From an uncultured Candidatus Binatia bacterium (GTDB taxonomy: Bacteria; Desulfobacterota; Binatia; Bin18): 64,000 nucleotides of DNA. Of the stretch, positions 42,701 through 50,692 are shown piece after piece. The stretch's first letter is position 1. Each line of letters opens with the position of its first letter. Where the stretch lies: NCBI GenBank assembly GCA_965214605.1, contig OZ243961.1, forward strand, positions 1,952,001 to 2,016,000. The letters are read 5' to 3'. The translations under genes and the position numbers were made by a program. The notes under the pieces were generated by a model that ran no database searches, had not been told where the DNA came from, and saw nothing but the letters and a program-made list of their open reading frames with translations.

Positions 42701-44944
42701 GATCGGGGCCTGCCAGCGATCACGGTCGCTCTGGCAAGGCTCGGAATCCCGGAGTTGACACAGATGTCCGCAGCCCGGGGCGTCAAACATCACGGCACGG
42801 AGACCGCGGCCCTTGCGCAGGCAGTTGCCGACCGGGCGCAAAACCACGCCGACGGTCTTCCTGACGGCTTCGGCGGTCACGTCAGGAACCGCGTTCAGAG
42901 TCTGATCGACGATTGGGTAAGGCTCGCCCATGAAGCGGCACAGGGCGGCGTGGCGTTCGGCTACGCGCGGGGCACTGGCACTTCGACTCCCTTGTTGCGG
43001 GAGATGATCGACCCGGATCGCGAGCGGCTGACCGACACCCAGCTTCGGTTCCGGGCGCCCCGTTCGCTGCGTGACGTAGAGCCGGGGGTGCTGCTCGGCA
43101 TTAAGACTCCTGAAGGACGGGACATCCGTAGGTTCCAGATGGCCGACAATATCCTCCGCCAAAGCCAGCTGATCACGACTTATGGCCCCGGAGCCATGAT
43201 CGATCTTCCCGAGTACTCGGTCATCGTCTCCGGGCTGCGGGACTGGTCCCACTTGCGGCGCGAAAAAATCGACGAGCCGCGCCTCGTCGCCAAGCTGCGG
43301 CGGTTGTTGGGCGTGCCCTCACTCGACCTCCGGACGCCGCAGCGTCACGAAGAGAACGCCCGGCAGGCCGCCGTGGGTGCACGCATCTTCCCGACCTGGT
43401 TCATCGTCAAGGACGCGAGGCCCTCGCCCCGCAATGCGCAGTGGCGGCGGCGCCGGCTGGTGCGACGGGATTATCTCGACGAGCTCCAGTTCCGGGATGA
43501 AGATGGCAGGCGCAAGCCGGTCGTGCCGGTGCGCTTCGTCTGCGGCTGCCGGCGCGGCCATATCGACGATCTGGACTGGCGCCGGTTCGTCCATCAAAGC
43601 GGCAGGACGTGCGAGCGTCCGCTCTGGCTCGAGGAACGCGGGACCGGTGCTGACATCAGCGACACCTTCGGCGTGTGCGACTGCGGTGAGGAACGCTCGC
43701 TCTACGAAGCGTCGAGTCCCGGAACCGGCGCCCTCGGTCACTGCGAGGGTAAGAGGCCTTGGATTGGGCAGTTCGCACGGGAAACCTGCGGCGAACCCTA
43801 TCGGTTGCTTGTGCGTACGGCGAGCAACGCGTACTTCCCTCAGACGATGAGTGTCATCTCCTTGCCTGAGTTCGATGCCGGATTGGCCGCGAAGGTCTCC
43901 ACGCACTATGACCGCCTGAAGGCGGCTGATGATCTGGGCATGCTCGCGAACTTCCGGATGATGCCGGAACTCGACGCCGCGTTTCACGACGTCGGCGATG
44001 AAACCGTGCTCGCCGAATACCGACGGCAGAAGGGCGGTGGCGAGCGAGAAGACGTTCCGGTCAAGACCGCGGAGTTCGAGATTCTCGACAAAGGCGACGA
44101 CTTTATCGGGGAGAATGACGCTCACTCTAAGTTCTACGCTCAAACGCTACCGCGTAACGATTGGGATCCCAACCGGCATACTCTCCTTGCCACCGTCGAC
44201 AAGCTGGTACTGGTGTATCGCCTGCGGGAAGTCGTCTCGCTTTTGGGATTCACAAGGTTTGAGGCAATCAGCCCGGACAAGGACGGGGAACTCGACCTCG
44301 ACGTTATCAGGGCCTCGCTCGCCGAAACGATCACCTGGTTGCCAGCGGTCGAGAATCAGGGCGAAGGCATCTTCCTGTCGTTCAAAACCGAAAAAATAAA
44401 GAGATGGCTAGCACGCCCCGGCGTCCAGGCACGTGGAAAGGTGCTCCTGGAAGGCTGGCAAACGTGGGCCGTAGAGCGCCACCGTCCTAAGGACGGGTTT
44501 CCCGGTCTACCCTATGTAATGCTGCATTCGCTCTCGCACCTGCTGATGACCTCAATCGCGCTCGACTGCGGCTACCCGGCCAGCTCTTTGCGCGAACGCG
44601 TCTATGCGGGCGACGGAGGCTACGGCATATTGATCTATACCGGATCGTCCGACTCTGAAGGGACACTGGGCGGATTAGTCGAGACGGGGCGACGTCTTGC
44701 CGTGTATTTTCAGCGTGCTCTTCACAGCGGCCGCTTGTGCTCTAACGACCCGGTGTGCGCGGAACATGCGCCCGACTCCCAGCTTGAGGGCCGCCTGTTG
44801 CAAGGAGCCGCCTGTCACGGCTGCCTTCTCATTGCCGAGACAAGTTGCGAACAGCGCAACGATTTTCTCGACCGGGCGCTTGTTGTTCCGACGGTCGGTC
44901 TCGGGGATGCCTCCTTCTTCGATCTTTCCGAGCACGGATCGTAA
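39758..44944 (+). CDS. drmA-drmB: In-frame fusion of DISARM helicase DrmA (aa 1-1127) and DUF1998 protein DrmB (aa 1128-1728, internal ATG at 43139)
   Basis: DrmA: WRPFQ, FPTGGGKTEAY, CPWCG, QDELH, ATNMISVGLD, YIQATSRVGR. DrmB: RQSQLITTYGPGAMIDLP, C..GH, HSLSHLL, CSNDPVC, ACHGC, ETSCE. No stop codon between them. Confidence 0.9.
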   Translation: MTLTSTPTFNDSACVRDYLVEALRFDLIGPRPGDNVLGHEYLPHAPSRWYLTGFLAPTGAPGAQRAQDAEEELDEPSEPTQGSDDASTPERGSGKRAFLPSSMGLSVLTDASAKRLDIALSWGDYAPEEEPARNAANQGDEPGDDAAPARRRFAPWVRHPRAETIYIDLEAIQAGTPVRVDVPDSGGLEIVCLVRQTWVREVEGNLDARAVSLFVVNRRPAPEDDDLQDTAFAFQVEMSLTADRPFVPRHDPRGLESDDWDERLADLHYRDAAEYAVGHNVSTWAGTSDGACRRVHTEWMPRAAVERVKPSEIPDVEFGMEALGTLEDAADAKRSLNPLVRAYRDWIEDQHEKAQAFSGGRREVADELVSRATRAADRIQAGIDLLDDPDLLGAFRIANRAMAEAARRRRAQEECIPPEAVNPPEWRPFQLAYILMNLRGIAEPTHVEREIVDLLFFPTGGGKTEAYLGLAAFTLVLRRLRDPDPVHRGLSVLMRYTLRLLTLDQLGRAAALICALELEREAAPGELGTWPFEIALWVGRAATPNHMGQKGDRSNDTARAKTLRFARDTSRDPPLPLDRCPWCGTKFGKRSFRLDPDTDNPKNLSVCCANRRCDFAGKRHLPIVAVDEPIYERLPAFMIATADKFAAMPWSGETAGFFRGGDATDPRPPDLIIQDELHLISGPLGTMAGLYETAVNHLCQRQIDGKEVRPKIIASTATVRLAQKQIRALFGRSSVAVFPAPGIERRDSFFAEQAPQQEVHPRIYLGIAAQGRGPKVIFLRSTITLMAAAQAAWNAVTGGGVNPADPYMTVVAYFNALRELGSARRIVEDEIGSRLLTYAGRKRLDDAAGLFADRRIAFEPVELTSRVGTANVADAKRRLSLDFTDKERVDVALATNMISVGLDITRLGLMLVSGQPKTTAEYIQATSRVGRDPARPGLIVTLLNVHKPRDRSHYERFSAWHDSFYRGVEATSVTPFSPRALDRGLPAITVALARLGIPELTQMSAARGVKHHGTETAALAQAVADRAQNHADGLPDGFGGHVRNRVQSLIDDWVRLAHEAAQGGVAFGYARGTGTSTPLLREMIDPDRERLTDTQLRFRAPRSLRDVEPGVLLGIKTPEGRDIRRFQMADNILRQSQLITTYGPGAMIDLPEYSVIVSGLRDWSHLRREKIDEPRLVAKLRRLLGVPSLDLRTPQRHEENARQAAVGARIFPTWFIVKDARPSPRNAQWRRRRLVRRDYLDELQFRDEDGRRKPVVPVRFVCGCRRGHIDDLDWRRFVHQSGRTCERPLWLEERGTGADISDTFGVCDCGEERSLYEASSPGTGALGHCEGKRPWIGQFARETCGEPYRLLVRTASNAYFPQTMSVISLPEFDAGLAAKVSTHYDRLKAADDLGMLANFRMMPELDAAFHDVGDETVLAEYRRQKGGGEREDVPVKTAEFEILDKGDDFIGENDAHSKFYAQTLPRNDWDPNRHTLLATVDKLVLVYRLREVVSLLGFTRFEAISPDKDGELDLDVIRASLAETITWLPAVENQGEGIFLSFKTEKIKRWLARPGVQARGKVLLEGWQTWAVERHRPKDGFPGLPYVMLHSLSHLLMTSIALDCGYPASSLRERVYAGDGGYGILIYTGSSDSEGTLGGLVETGRRLAVYFQRALHSGRLCSNDPVCAEHAPDSQLEGRLLQGAACHGCLLIAETSCEQRNDFLDRALVVPTVGLGDASFFDLSEHGS

Positions 44945-45597
44945 TGAAATTCGATGCCTTGGTGGCGGCCGACCGGCAGGACCTCATCCGCCTGGCTGGC
45001 CTGCTGGAAGCCGGCCTTCTGTCACCGCCCTTCAGTGCGCTGTCGCTGTGCGACCACATTGCCGCCGCACACGCCGACGCGGTGGCGCGGTGCTTCGGAG
45101 AACTCTCGCAACGGGACATGCCTCCCAGCCACATCGCGCTCCTGCTTCGCGCCTTCGCCGCCGGCGCACAAGCGGCCGGCGGTTCCTCATTGCCCGTCGA
45201 AGTTGTAGTCAGCGGGCCGGATGCGGCCGGCGGCGCACGCGATACCGGCGTGGTAATGCGGCAACTGTTCGGCAAGGCGCGCGAGCGAGTGTTGGCCGTT
45301 GGTTTCGCGAGCGAATTCGTTCGCAACGAGCGGCCCGGTAAGCGCTTGCCACGCGTCTACTACGACCCCCAGTCGCTGGAACCCGCAGGCCGCACGGCCA
45401 GTTCGATGCATGCCAAGTGCGTGATCATCGACGGTCGGGAGGCACTCGTGACCTCGGCGAACTTCACGGAAGCCGCACAACAACGAAACATCGAACTCGG
45501 TCTTCTGGAAGATTCGCATGGCATCGCGGGTCGAATCGAGAAGCATTTCATATCTCTAACTCAGAACGGCTTTCTTAATCGGATCCCGCTTCCCTGA
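44944..45597 (+). CDS. drmC: DISARM phospholipase D-like nuclease DrmC (217 aa; apparently internally deleted)
   Basis: VVSGP...RDTGVV..LF, HAKCVIIDG (HKD), TSANFTEAAQQRNIELG; TAATG overlap with the preceding gene. Confidence 0.88.
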   Translation: MKFDALVAADRQDLIRLAGLLEAGLLSPPFSALSLCDHIAAAHADAVARCFGELSQRDMPPSHIALLLRAFAAGAQAAGGSSLPVEVVVSGPDAAGGARDTGVVMRQLFGKARERVLAVGFASEFVRNERPGKRLPRVYYDPQSLEPAGRTASSMHAKCVIIDGREALVTSANFTEAAQQRNIELGLLEDSHGIAGRIEKHFISLTQNGFLNRIPLP

Positions 45598-45799
45598 TCC
45601 GAATTCCACAGTGCCCAAAATGCCGAGGTACCACATCATGTGAGATGAAAATTGCTCATCCAGTGCTATCTTCACAGAGGAGCATTTCTCGCCGCTCTGT
45701 CGGACTGCCGAGGACGCCCCTTCGTTCATCAGAATGGAGGAGCCACTAACGAGTCACACCAGTGGATGCGCCCGTTCCACAGCCAGAAATGGGAGCCGC

Positions 45800-46425
45800 A
45801 GTCCCTTCATGGTCGAATTCAAAACGCAGATGACGTTGCGCTTTTCCATGCGGGCGTCATCCACGATGAGGAGCTCACCAACACACAGACGCTGTAGCTG
45901 TTCGATAACGAGACTGCCCGTCTCCGAAGCGCCAACGAAGGCGACCGACAAGCGCCGCATCCGTTCGATAGTGCTCTCGCCGAACATCTGCGCATCCGAC
46001 GCGACAAAGCGGGGCGACCCCGCACCGCCCGAATCGGCATACCAAAAGTCAAGGTTATCGCCCGCGACTGCAATACAGTCTATGGGTTCCGACGCCTTGC
46101 CGGACCTCAGCACTCGACCGAACATCACCCCGTCGGGAAGCATTACCGCGCTTCCGTGCGCAATGTCCGCTTCCACCCACCCGCGGATCATCAGCAATAG
46201 GCGAGCATCGCCCTCATTGTCGGTCGCTGAGAACGCCGCGCCGCTCGAAGGATGACTGTGCACTTTGACCACCGACAGTCCTTCCTCGGCCACGCGGTCG
46301 AGCATTGGGGTGACATACTCCGGCGACCACGTAACCTGGGTGGCCGTGCGTTCGGAGCAGCGATCGTAAGGTATGCCTTGAATCTCCCGCACGGTTAGGC
46401 GCTCGCGCCTGTCACCCTGCTGCGG
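45800..46425 (-). pseudogene. JAB-domain/ThiF (E1-like) fusion remnant
   Basis: VKVHSHP...FSATD (JAB HxH..S..D), followed by RLSVAFVGASETGSLVIEQLQRL (degenerate ThiF GxGxxG); truncated at both ends. Confidence 0.75.
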
Positions 46426-46965
46426 GATAGTGCTGCGGCTATGGTGTCGAAGTCGCGCGGGCTGCGCGCCTCGAAGAAGGGCGACCAGCGGGGTCTCCGG
46501 GCATTGAGCGGGTTGAGCAGCGCGTCGCGGCCGGGATCGTGGAACGCGCGGAGGTAGCTCCCCATCTTGTCGTAGACGACGCAGCGCTCCCCGCTCGCGG
46601 ATCTGGGCGACGAGGGCCGAGAGCAGCACGGTCTTGCCCAACCCCGTGGTGGATGGTGTGCTAGGTCACGGCGCGCTCCGGGTAGGGGACGCCCGCGATC
46701 CGGTAGGGAGCGCGTTTGGGCGTGGCCGAGACGAGGTCACGCGGCGGCGGTGGAGCGGCCGGATGCGGCGGGCGAGGTCGCGCGTCATGGCGAGCTCCGC
46801 GCTCCTGATGTGGCGCCCGGCCTGAAGCTGCTGCCCCCGCACCCAGAACAGGGCTAGGAACAGCCCGGTCGCGAGCGTGGCGAGCTTCAGCCCCGCCGCC
46901 ACGCCGAAGTTGTGAACGAGATATGTCCGGGCGGGGCCCTGAAAGGCTTTGATCGTCTGCATGAG
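46420..46965 (-). pseudogene. Type IV coupling protein (TraD/TrwB-like) remnant
   Basis: TM segment then RHIRSAEL; GKTVLLSALVAQIRERG (Walker A region); after a frameshift VYDKMGSY...LLNPL..R.PRWSPFFE..PRDFD. Confidence 0.72.
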
Positions 46966-47236
46966 TGTCATCTGCGTCGTGCCAATAGTCGGGATCGGCG
47001 ACAACGCCTCTGTTTCGAGTGCCGCCCGGCTCCCGGCCAGACTCCGGCTCCCGGCGGCGCGGGACGTATCGGCTGGGGCAAGGCCGCAGTGGTGTCCACT
47101 GGCAGCGCGCAGAGGACCATTTGCCGTACAGGGCACCCGGGCGATGTCCGCCCCCCGATCACCGCGATCCGGGCGAAGACCCGCAGTCCGGAAGTCGGTG
47201 GTGATCGGCCCCGCCGGATTCGTGTGCTCGAAAGGC

Positions 47237-47254
47237 TATAGCGGATGCGCTATA
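47237..47254. promoter_or_regulatory. Inverted repeat TATAGCG-N4-CGCTATA, probable toxin-antitoxin operator
   Basis: Lies 8 nt upstream of the toxin-remnant ATG at 47263. Confidence 0.5.
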
Positions 47255-47262
47255 TATCGGGA

Positions 47263-47730
47263 ATGGATTGGACGGCCGCAACCGTGTCGGCCGTTGCCGC
47301 CGCAATGGCGGCTTTGCCCGTGGCGTTGCGCGCCCGGCGGCTGGAGATGGTGGAGCATGGCGAGCGGGAGGCTCTTCGTGCACCCCATGTCAGGCTTCTC
47401 GACGGGAAGCTCTGGGAGCTTCGGGGGCGGGCCGAGGGCGGCATCGCGCGAGGGATCAACGTGACGGCGGGTGGGGGTGGTGCATGTCTTCGCCGAAGCA
47501 GTCGCGCAAGAGGCCGCGTCGGGCGGTCGCGACCGCCTGGGAGCGGCTGCGAAAGGGGATGCCCTGACGAAGCGGAAGGACCTGAAGAGGCGCTTCATGG
47601 CGGCCCCCAAGTTCCGGGAGGAGTACGCGCGCGGCGACGGGGAGTATGCGCGGATCGAGGCGCTGGTGCCCCGTACGGCGGCGAAGCTGACGCAGGCGGC
47701 TGCCCGTGGGTTTGGGGCCGACGGCTGAGG
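47263..47730 (+). pseudogene. RelE/HigB-like toxin plus HTH antitoxin pair, degraded
   Basis: LPVALRAR...PHVRLLDGKLWELR...IARG; then LKRRFM..PKFREEYAR...AKLTQ; frameshifted. Confidence 0.7.
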
Positions 47731-48206
47731 CCGGCGACAGGCCGGCAGCGGGCGCGGGCGAACGATTTCCAGCGCCGACGGGGTTTCGCACGGCTACGCC
47801 TGGGTTGGAACGAATCCGCTTTCAGAATGATTACGAAGTTTTCAGATGATATCGTATTCTATTGAAATAGAATAATAATCTTCACATCATGGCATTCCAG
47901 GCTGGCACCCGGTCAAACAGCCCCATGGTTTCCTGGGTAAAATCCCTCTTGATCGGCACCCCAGATATCAACCAACAGAACAATCGTCTCACGATACGTT
48001 TGTTCGCTCCCCTCCAACGACTGACGCTTTCCGGTGGGCTTGTTAACATCAGACACGATGGCGTTCCAGTTCCACTGGCCGGCCACCGATCTTGGTCCAG
48101 TAAGAAATTGAGCTCTGTTTCTTACTTATTGCCGCGGGCAGGTAAGAAATGTTACGAAGTTATTAGTCGGAGCGGCGAGCCGTCTTTAACGACAGACAAC
48201 GAAGGC

Positions 48207-49346
48207 ATGGAAAACCGGGACTTTTCGCGGGGATTCTTACCCACCCCTGATCCGATGGTTCGCTTACCCGAGCCGTTCGGAGAGTGGGAAGAGGTCGCCG
48301 ACAATCTCTCCAAGCTGGCCTTAAGCACGGTCCTGCGTCCAACGCTTGAGCACCTACCGACCTTCCCCGTCACCGAGCTCCACACCCAGCGAGCGTGTGA
48401 ACGCGCCATGAGCATGCTCTCGTTCATGGCCAATCTCTATGTGTTTGCGCCCGACCAGCCAATTGCCACCCGCCTGCCCAAACCATTGGCCGTTGCCTGG
48501 TATCAAGTCAGCACCAGGCTGGGCCGTCCGCCTATGCTGACCTATGCCTCGCAGACGCTGCATAATTGGCACCGCCTCGATCCGCATGGGCCGATCGCAG
48601 TTGGCAATTTGGCCATGATCCAAAATTTTCTAGGTGGAATGGATGAGGAATGGTTTGTCACACTCCATGTGAATATTGAAGCAGCCGCCGGGCGAGGCCT
48701 CTCAGCCCTGTTCCCCGCCCAAGAGGCCGTGTTGAGACAGGATACCCAGGGCTTAGCCGGATACCTGATCGAGCTTGCTGCAAGCCTCCAGACCATGTAC
48801 ACCCTGCTGCAGCGGATGCCGGAGCGCTGTCATCCGGACACCTACTATCATCGTGTGCGGCCGTATATGTTCGGCTGGAAAAACAACCCAGACCTCCCCC
48901 ATGGCATGCGCTACGATGGGGTTGTTGCCTACAAAGACCAACCCCAACAATTTCGCGGCGAAACTGGTGCCCAGAGCAGCGTGCTCTACGCCTTTGATGC
49001 GGCCCTTGGCATCCAGCACGAATTTGACACTATGCGGGCGTACCTGCTGGAAATCCGTGACTACATGCCGGTTCAGGACCGGGTCTATATTGGGCAGCTT
49101 GAACGCGGTCCAGCCATCCGAGACTACGTCCGGCAACACAGATTCAGCGCACCCTCATTGCGGGAAGCGTATAACGAGAGTGTCCGCGCCCTGGCCCATT
49201 TTCGCCAGCTTCACCTCGACTATGCCGCCAGGTATATTCTCCAACCGGGCCTAGCCAAGAAAACGGCTGCGGTCGGGACCGGGGGCACCCCTTTTACGAT
49301 CTCCCTGCAAAAGCATCACGACCAGACACTGGCCCATCTAGTGTGA
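48207..49346 (+). CDS. Indoleamine 2,3-dioxygenase-like heme protein (IDO/PrnB superfamily)
   Basis: RGFLP, LGRPPMLTYA, DEEWF..HV.IE, GETGAQSS, YMP, FRQLHL (proximal His), GTGGT loop; start set at ATG 48207. Confidence 0.88.
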   Translation: MENRDFSRGFLPTPDPMVRLPEPFGEWEEVADNLSKLALSTVLRPTLEHLPTFPVTELHTQRACERAMSMLSFMANLYVFAPDQPIATRLPKPLAVAWYQVSTRLGRPPMLTYASQTLHNWHRLDPHGPIAVGNLAMIQNFLGGMDEEWFVTLHVNIEAAAGRGLSALFPAQEAVLRQDTQGLAGYLIELAASLQTMYTLLQRMPERCHPDTYYHRVRPYMFGWKNNPDLPHGMRYDGVVAYKDQPQQFRGETGAQSSVLYAFDAALGIQHEFDTMRAYLLEIRDYMPVQDRVYIGQLERGPAIRDYVRQHRFSAPSLREAYNESVRALAHFRQLHLDYAARYILQPGLAKKTAAVGTGGTPFTISLQKHHDQTLAHLV

Positions 49347-49437
49347 AGGCCAGGTAGACGCCAAATCTCTTTCTTGTCCCACCCGGGGCGTGCTATGGGG
49401 AAGGGAGAGCTGCATGTTTAGACAGACTAGGAGACCT

Positions 49438-50091
49438 ATGGCTGCAGCATCTCGCCGTTTTCCGCATGCTAGAGCAATTGATGCCAACGGCTTCTCTTGA
49501 TGGGGGCGAAAAGTATGTGGAGCTGCAGCATCGAGGCCAGACGCTCCGGGTCGGCGAAGATCGGGACAGATCCAGGATCCGGACGTTCCGGTCGGTATTC
49601 ACCCCGGCGGCGAGCCATCGAAGCGGGTTCACCGGCACCTCCGCGATAGGCGGCGGTGGGACTTGCGACACTTCAGTGCGTCTGGCGGGCAGAACCCCTC
49701 GCGGGCGTTTACCGTCTTGTTCGAGCACGGACTGTTCGATCAGTTCGCTGGGGTCAAGGTCGTCGTGCTGAAGTCAGGAGCCGGCCGGGCAGGCTATCTG
49801 CCGCTCAAGCGCGCGGTGTCTGACTGCCCTTTGGGCGAATCGATGCGGCTCAAGGAGAAGCCGAGTTGGTATCCTTAATCGTCGGTGCCGGCTGTCGCCG
49901 AACGAAAAAGCCTTTGTCTGCGCGGTCGATTTTCTCGGGACGGGCAAATTTTTCTGGCCGTCGGATTTTCCCTCTCTGGACCATCCGGGCAATCATATGA
50001 AAGAATACAAGGAACTGGTCGAGCCCACGCCGGACTCGCCTTGCCAAAAGGTCAATTGGTGGAGGCGCCGCCAAGGTGTACGGCCAAATAA
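49438..50091 (+). pseudogene. Amidohydro_2-family pseudogene
   Basis: AIDANG near the start; FEHGLFDQFAGVKVVVLKSGAG and LKEKPSWY fragments; stops and deletions. Confidence 0.6.
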
Positions 50092-50147
50092 AGGACGAAA
50101 AGCTGTGTTCGACCGTATCTTTCACGTCAACAAAGGAGGGCAGATAT

Positions 50148-50675
50148 ATGGCACGTGTTCCATATGTTGAAAAAGACACCGCCAGTGACGAAACCAAGGA
50201 GTTGTACGCCTCGTTCGAGCAACAGTTTGGCATCCCCCAGGTCCCCAATGTCGTCAAGGCACTATCTAACAGTCCCAAGCTAGCCAGGCGTGTCTTTCCG
50301 TTAGCCAATTACTTCATGAATGAGTCGACCCTAGACCCTCGGCTGCGTGAGCTGGCGGTGCTGACGCTGATGGATCGGCTGGACTGTAAGTATGGATTTG
50401 TCCGACATATCGATATCGCCGAACGAACGGGGATTTCGCGAGAGCAGATCGACAGTATCGGCTCATATCAAACCAGCGACCTGTTCAGCGACGATGACAA
50501 GCTTATTATTCGCTACGCCGAAGAGCTGACCCAGAAGGGAAAGATCGATGATGCACTGTTTCAGCAGGTCCAAGACCGCATCGGCCAGAACAACATCTTG
50601 GATTTAACCGCCGCGACCGCCTTCTGGAACATGATGGCGCGCAACCTGAACGCACTGCAGGTCGATCTGGAATAA
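50148..50675 (+). CDS. Carboxymuconolactone decarboxylase/AhpD-like protein
   Basis: MARVPYV, LDPRLRELAVL...CKYGFVRH; GGAGG RBS. Confidence 0.88.
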   Translation: MARVPYVEKDTASDETKELYASFEQQFGIPQVPNVVKALSNSPKLARRVFPLANYFMNESTLDPRLRELAVLTLMDRLDCKYGFVRHIDIAERTGISREQIDSIGSYQTSDLFSDDDKLIIRYAEELTQKGKIDDALFQQVQDRIGQNNILDLTAATAFWNMMARNLNALQVDLE

Positions 50676-50692
50676 ACCAGTCGGGAAGGATA

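Larger units (their letters stand above)
29600..47880. mobile_element. Decayed integrative/conjugative island carrying DISARM (boundaries approximate)
   Basis: Integrase remnant on the left; TraD-like and toxin-antitoxin remnants on the right; IS630 inside; visibly more GC-rich than flanks (not computed). Confidence 0.7.

Noticed and set aside
35274-44143. Long antisense ORFs inside DISARM (347, 455, 339, 274 aa etc.)
   Set aside because: Expected shadow ORFs of high-GC coding sequence; no motifs.
45754-46641. 295-aa ORF as a genuine novel protein
   Set aside because: It is a chimera of TraD-like and JAB-ThiF fragments, with part of the TraD region read out of frame.
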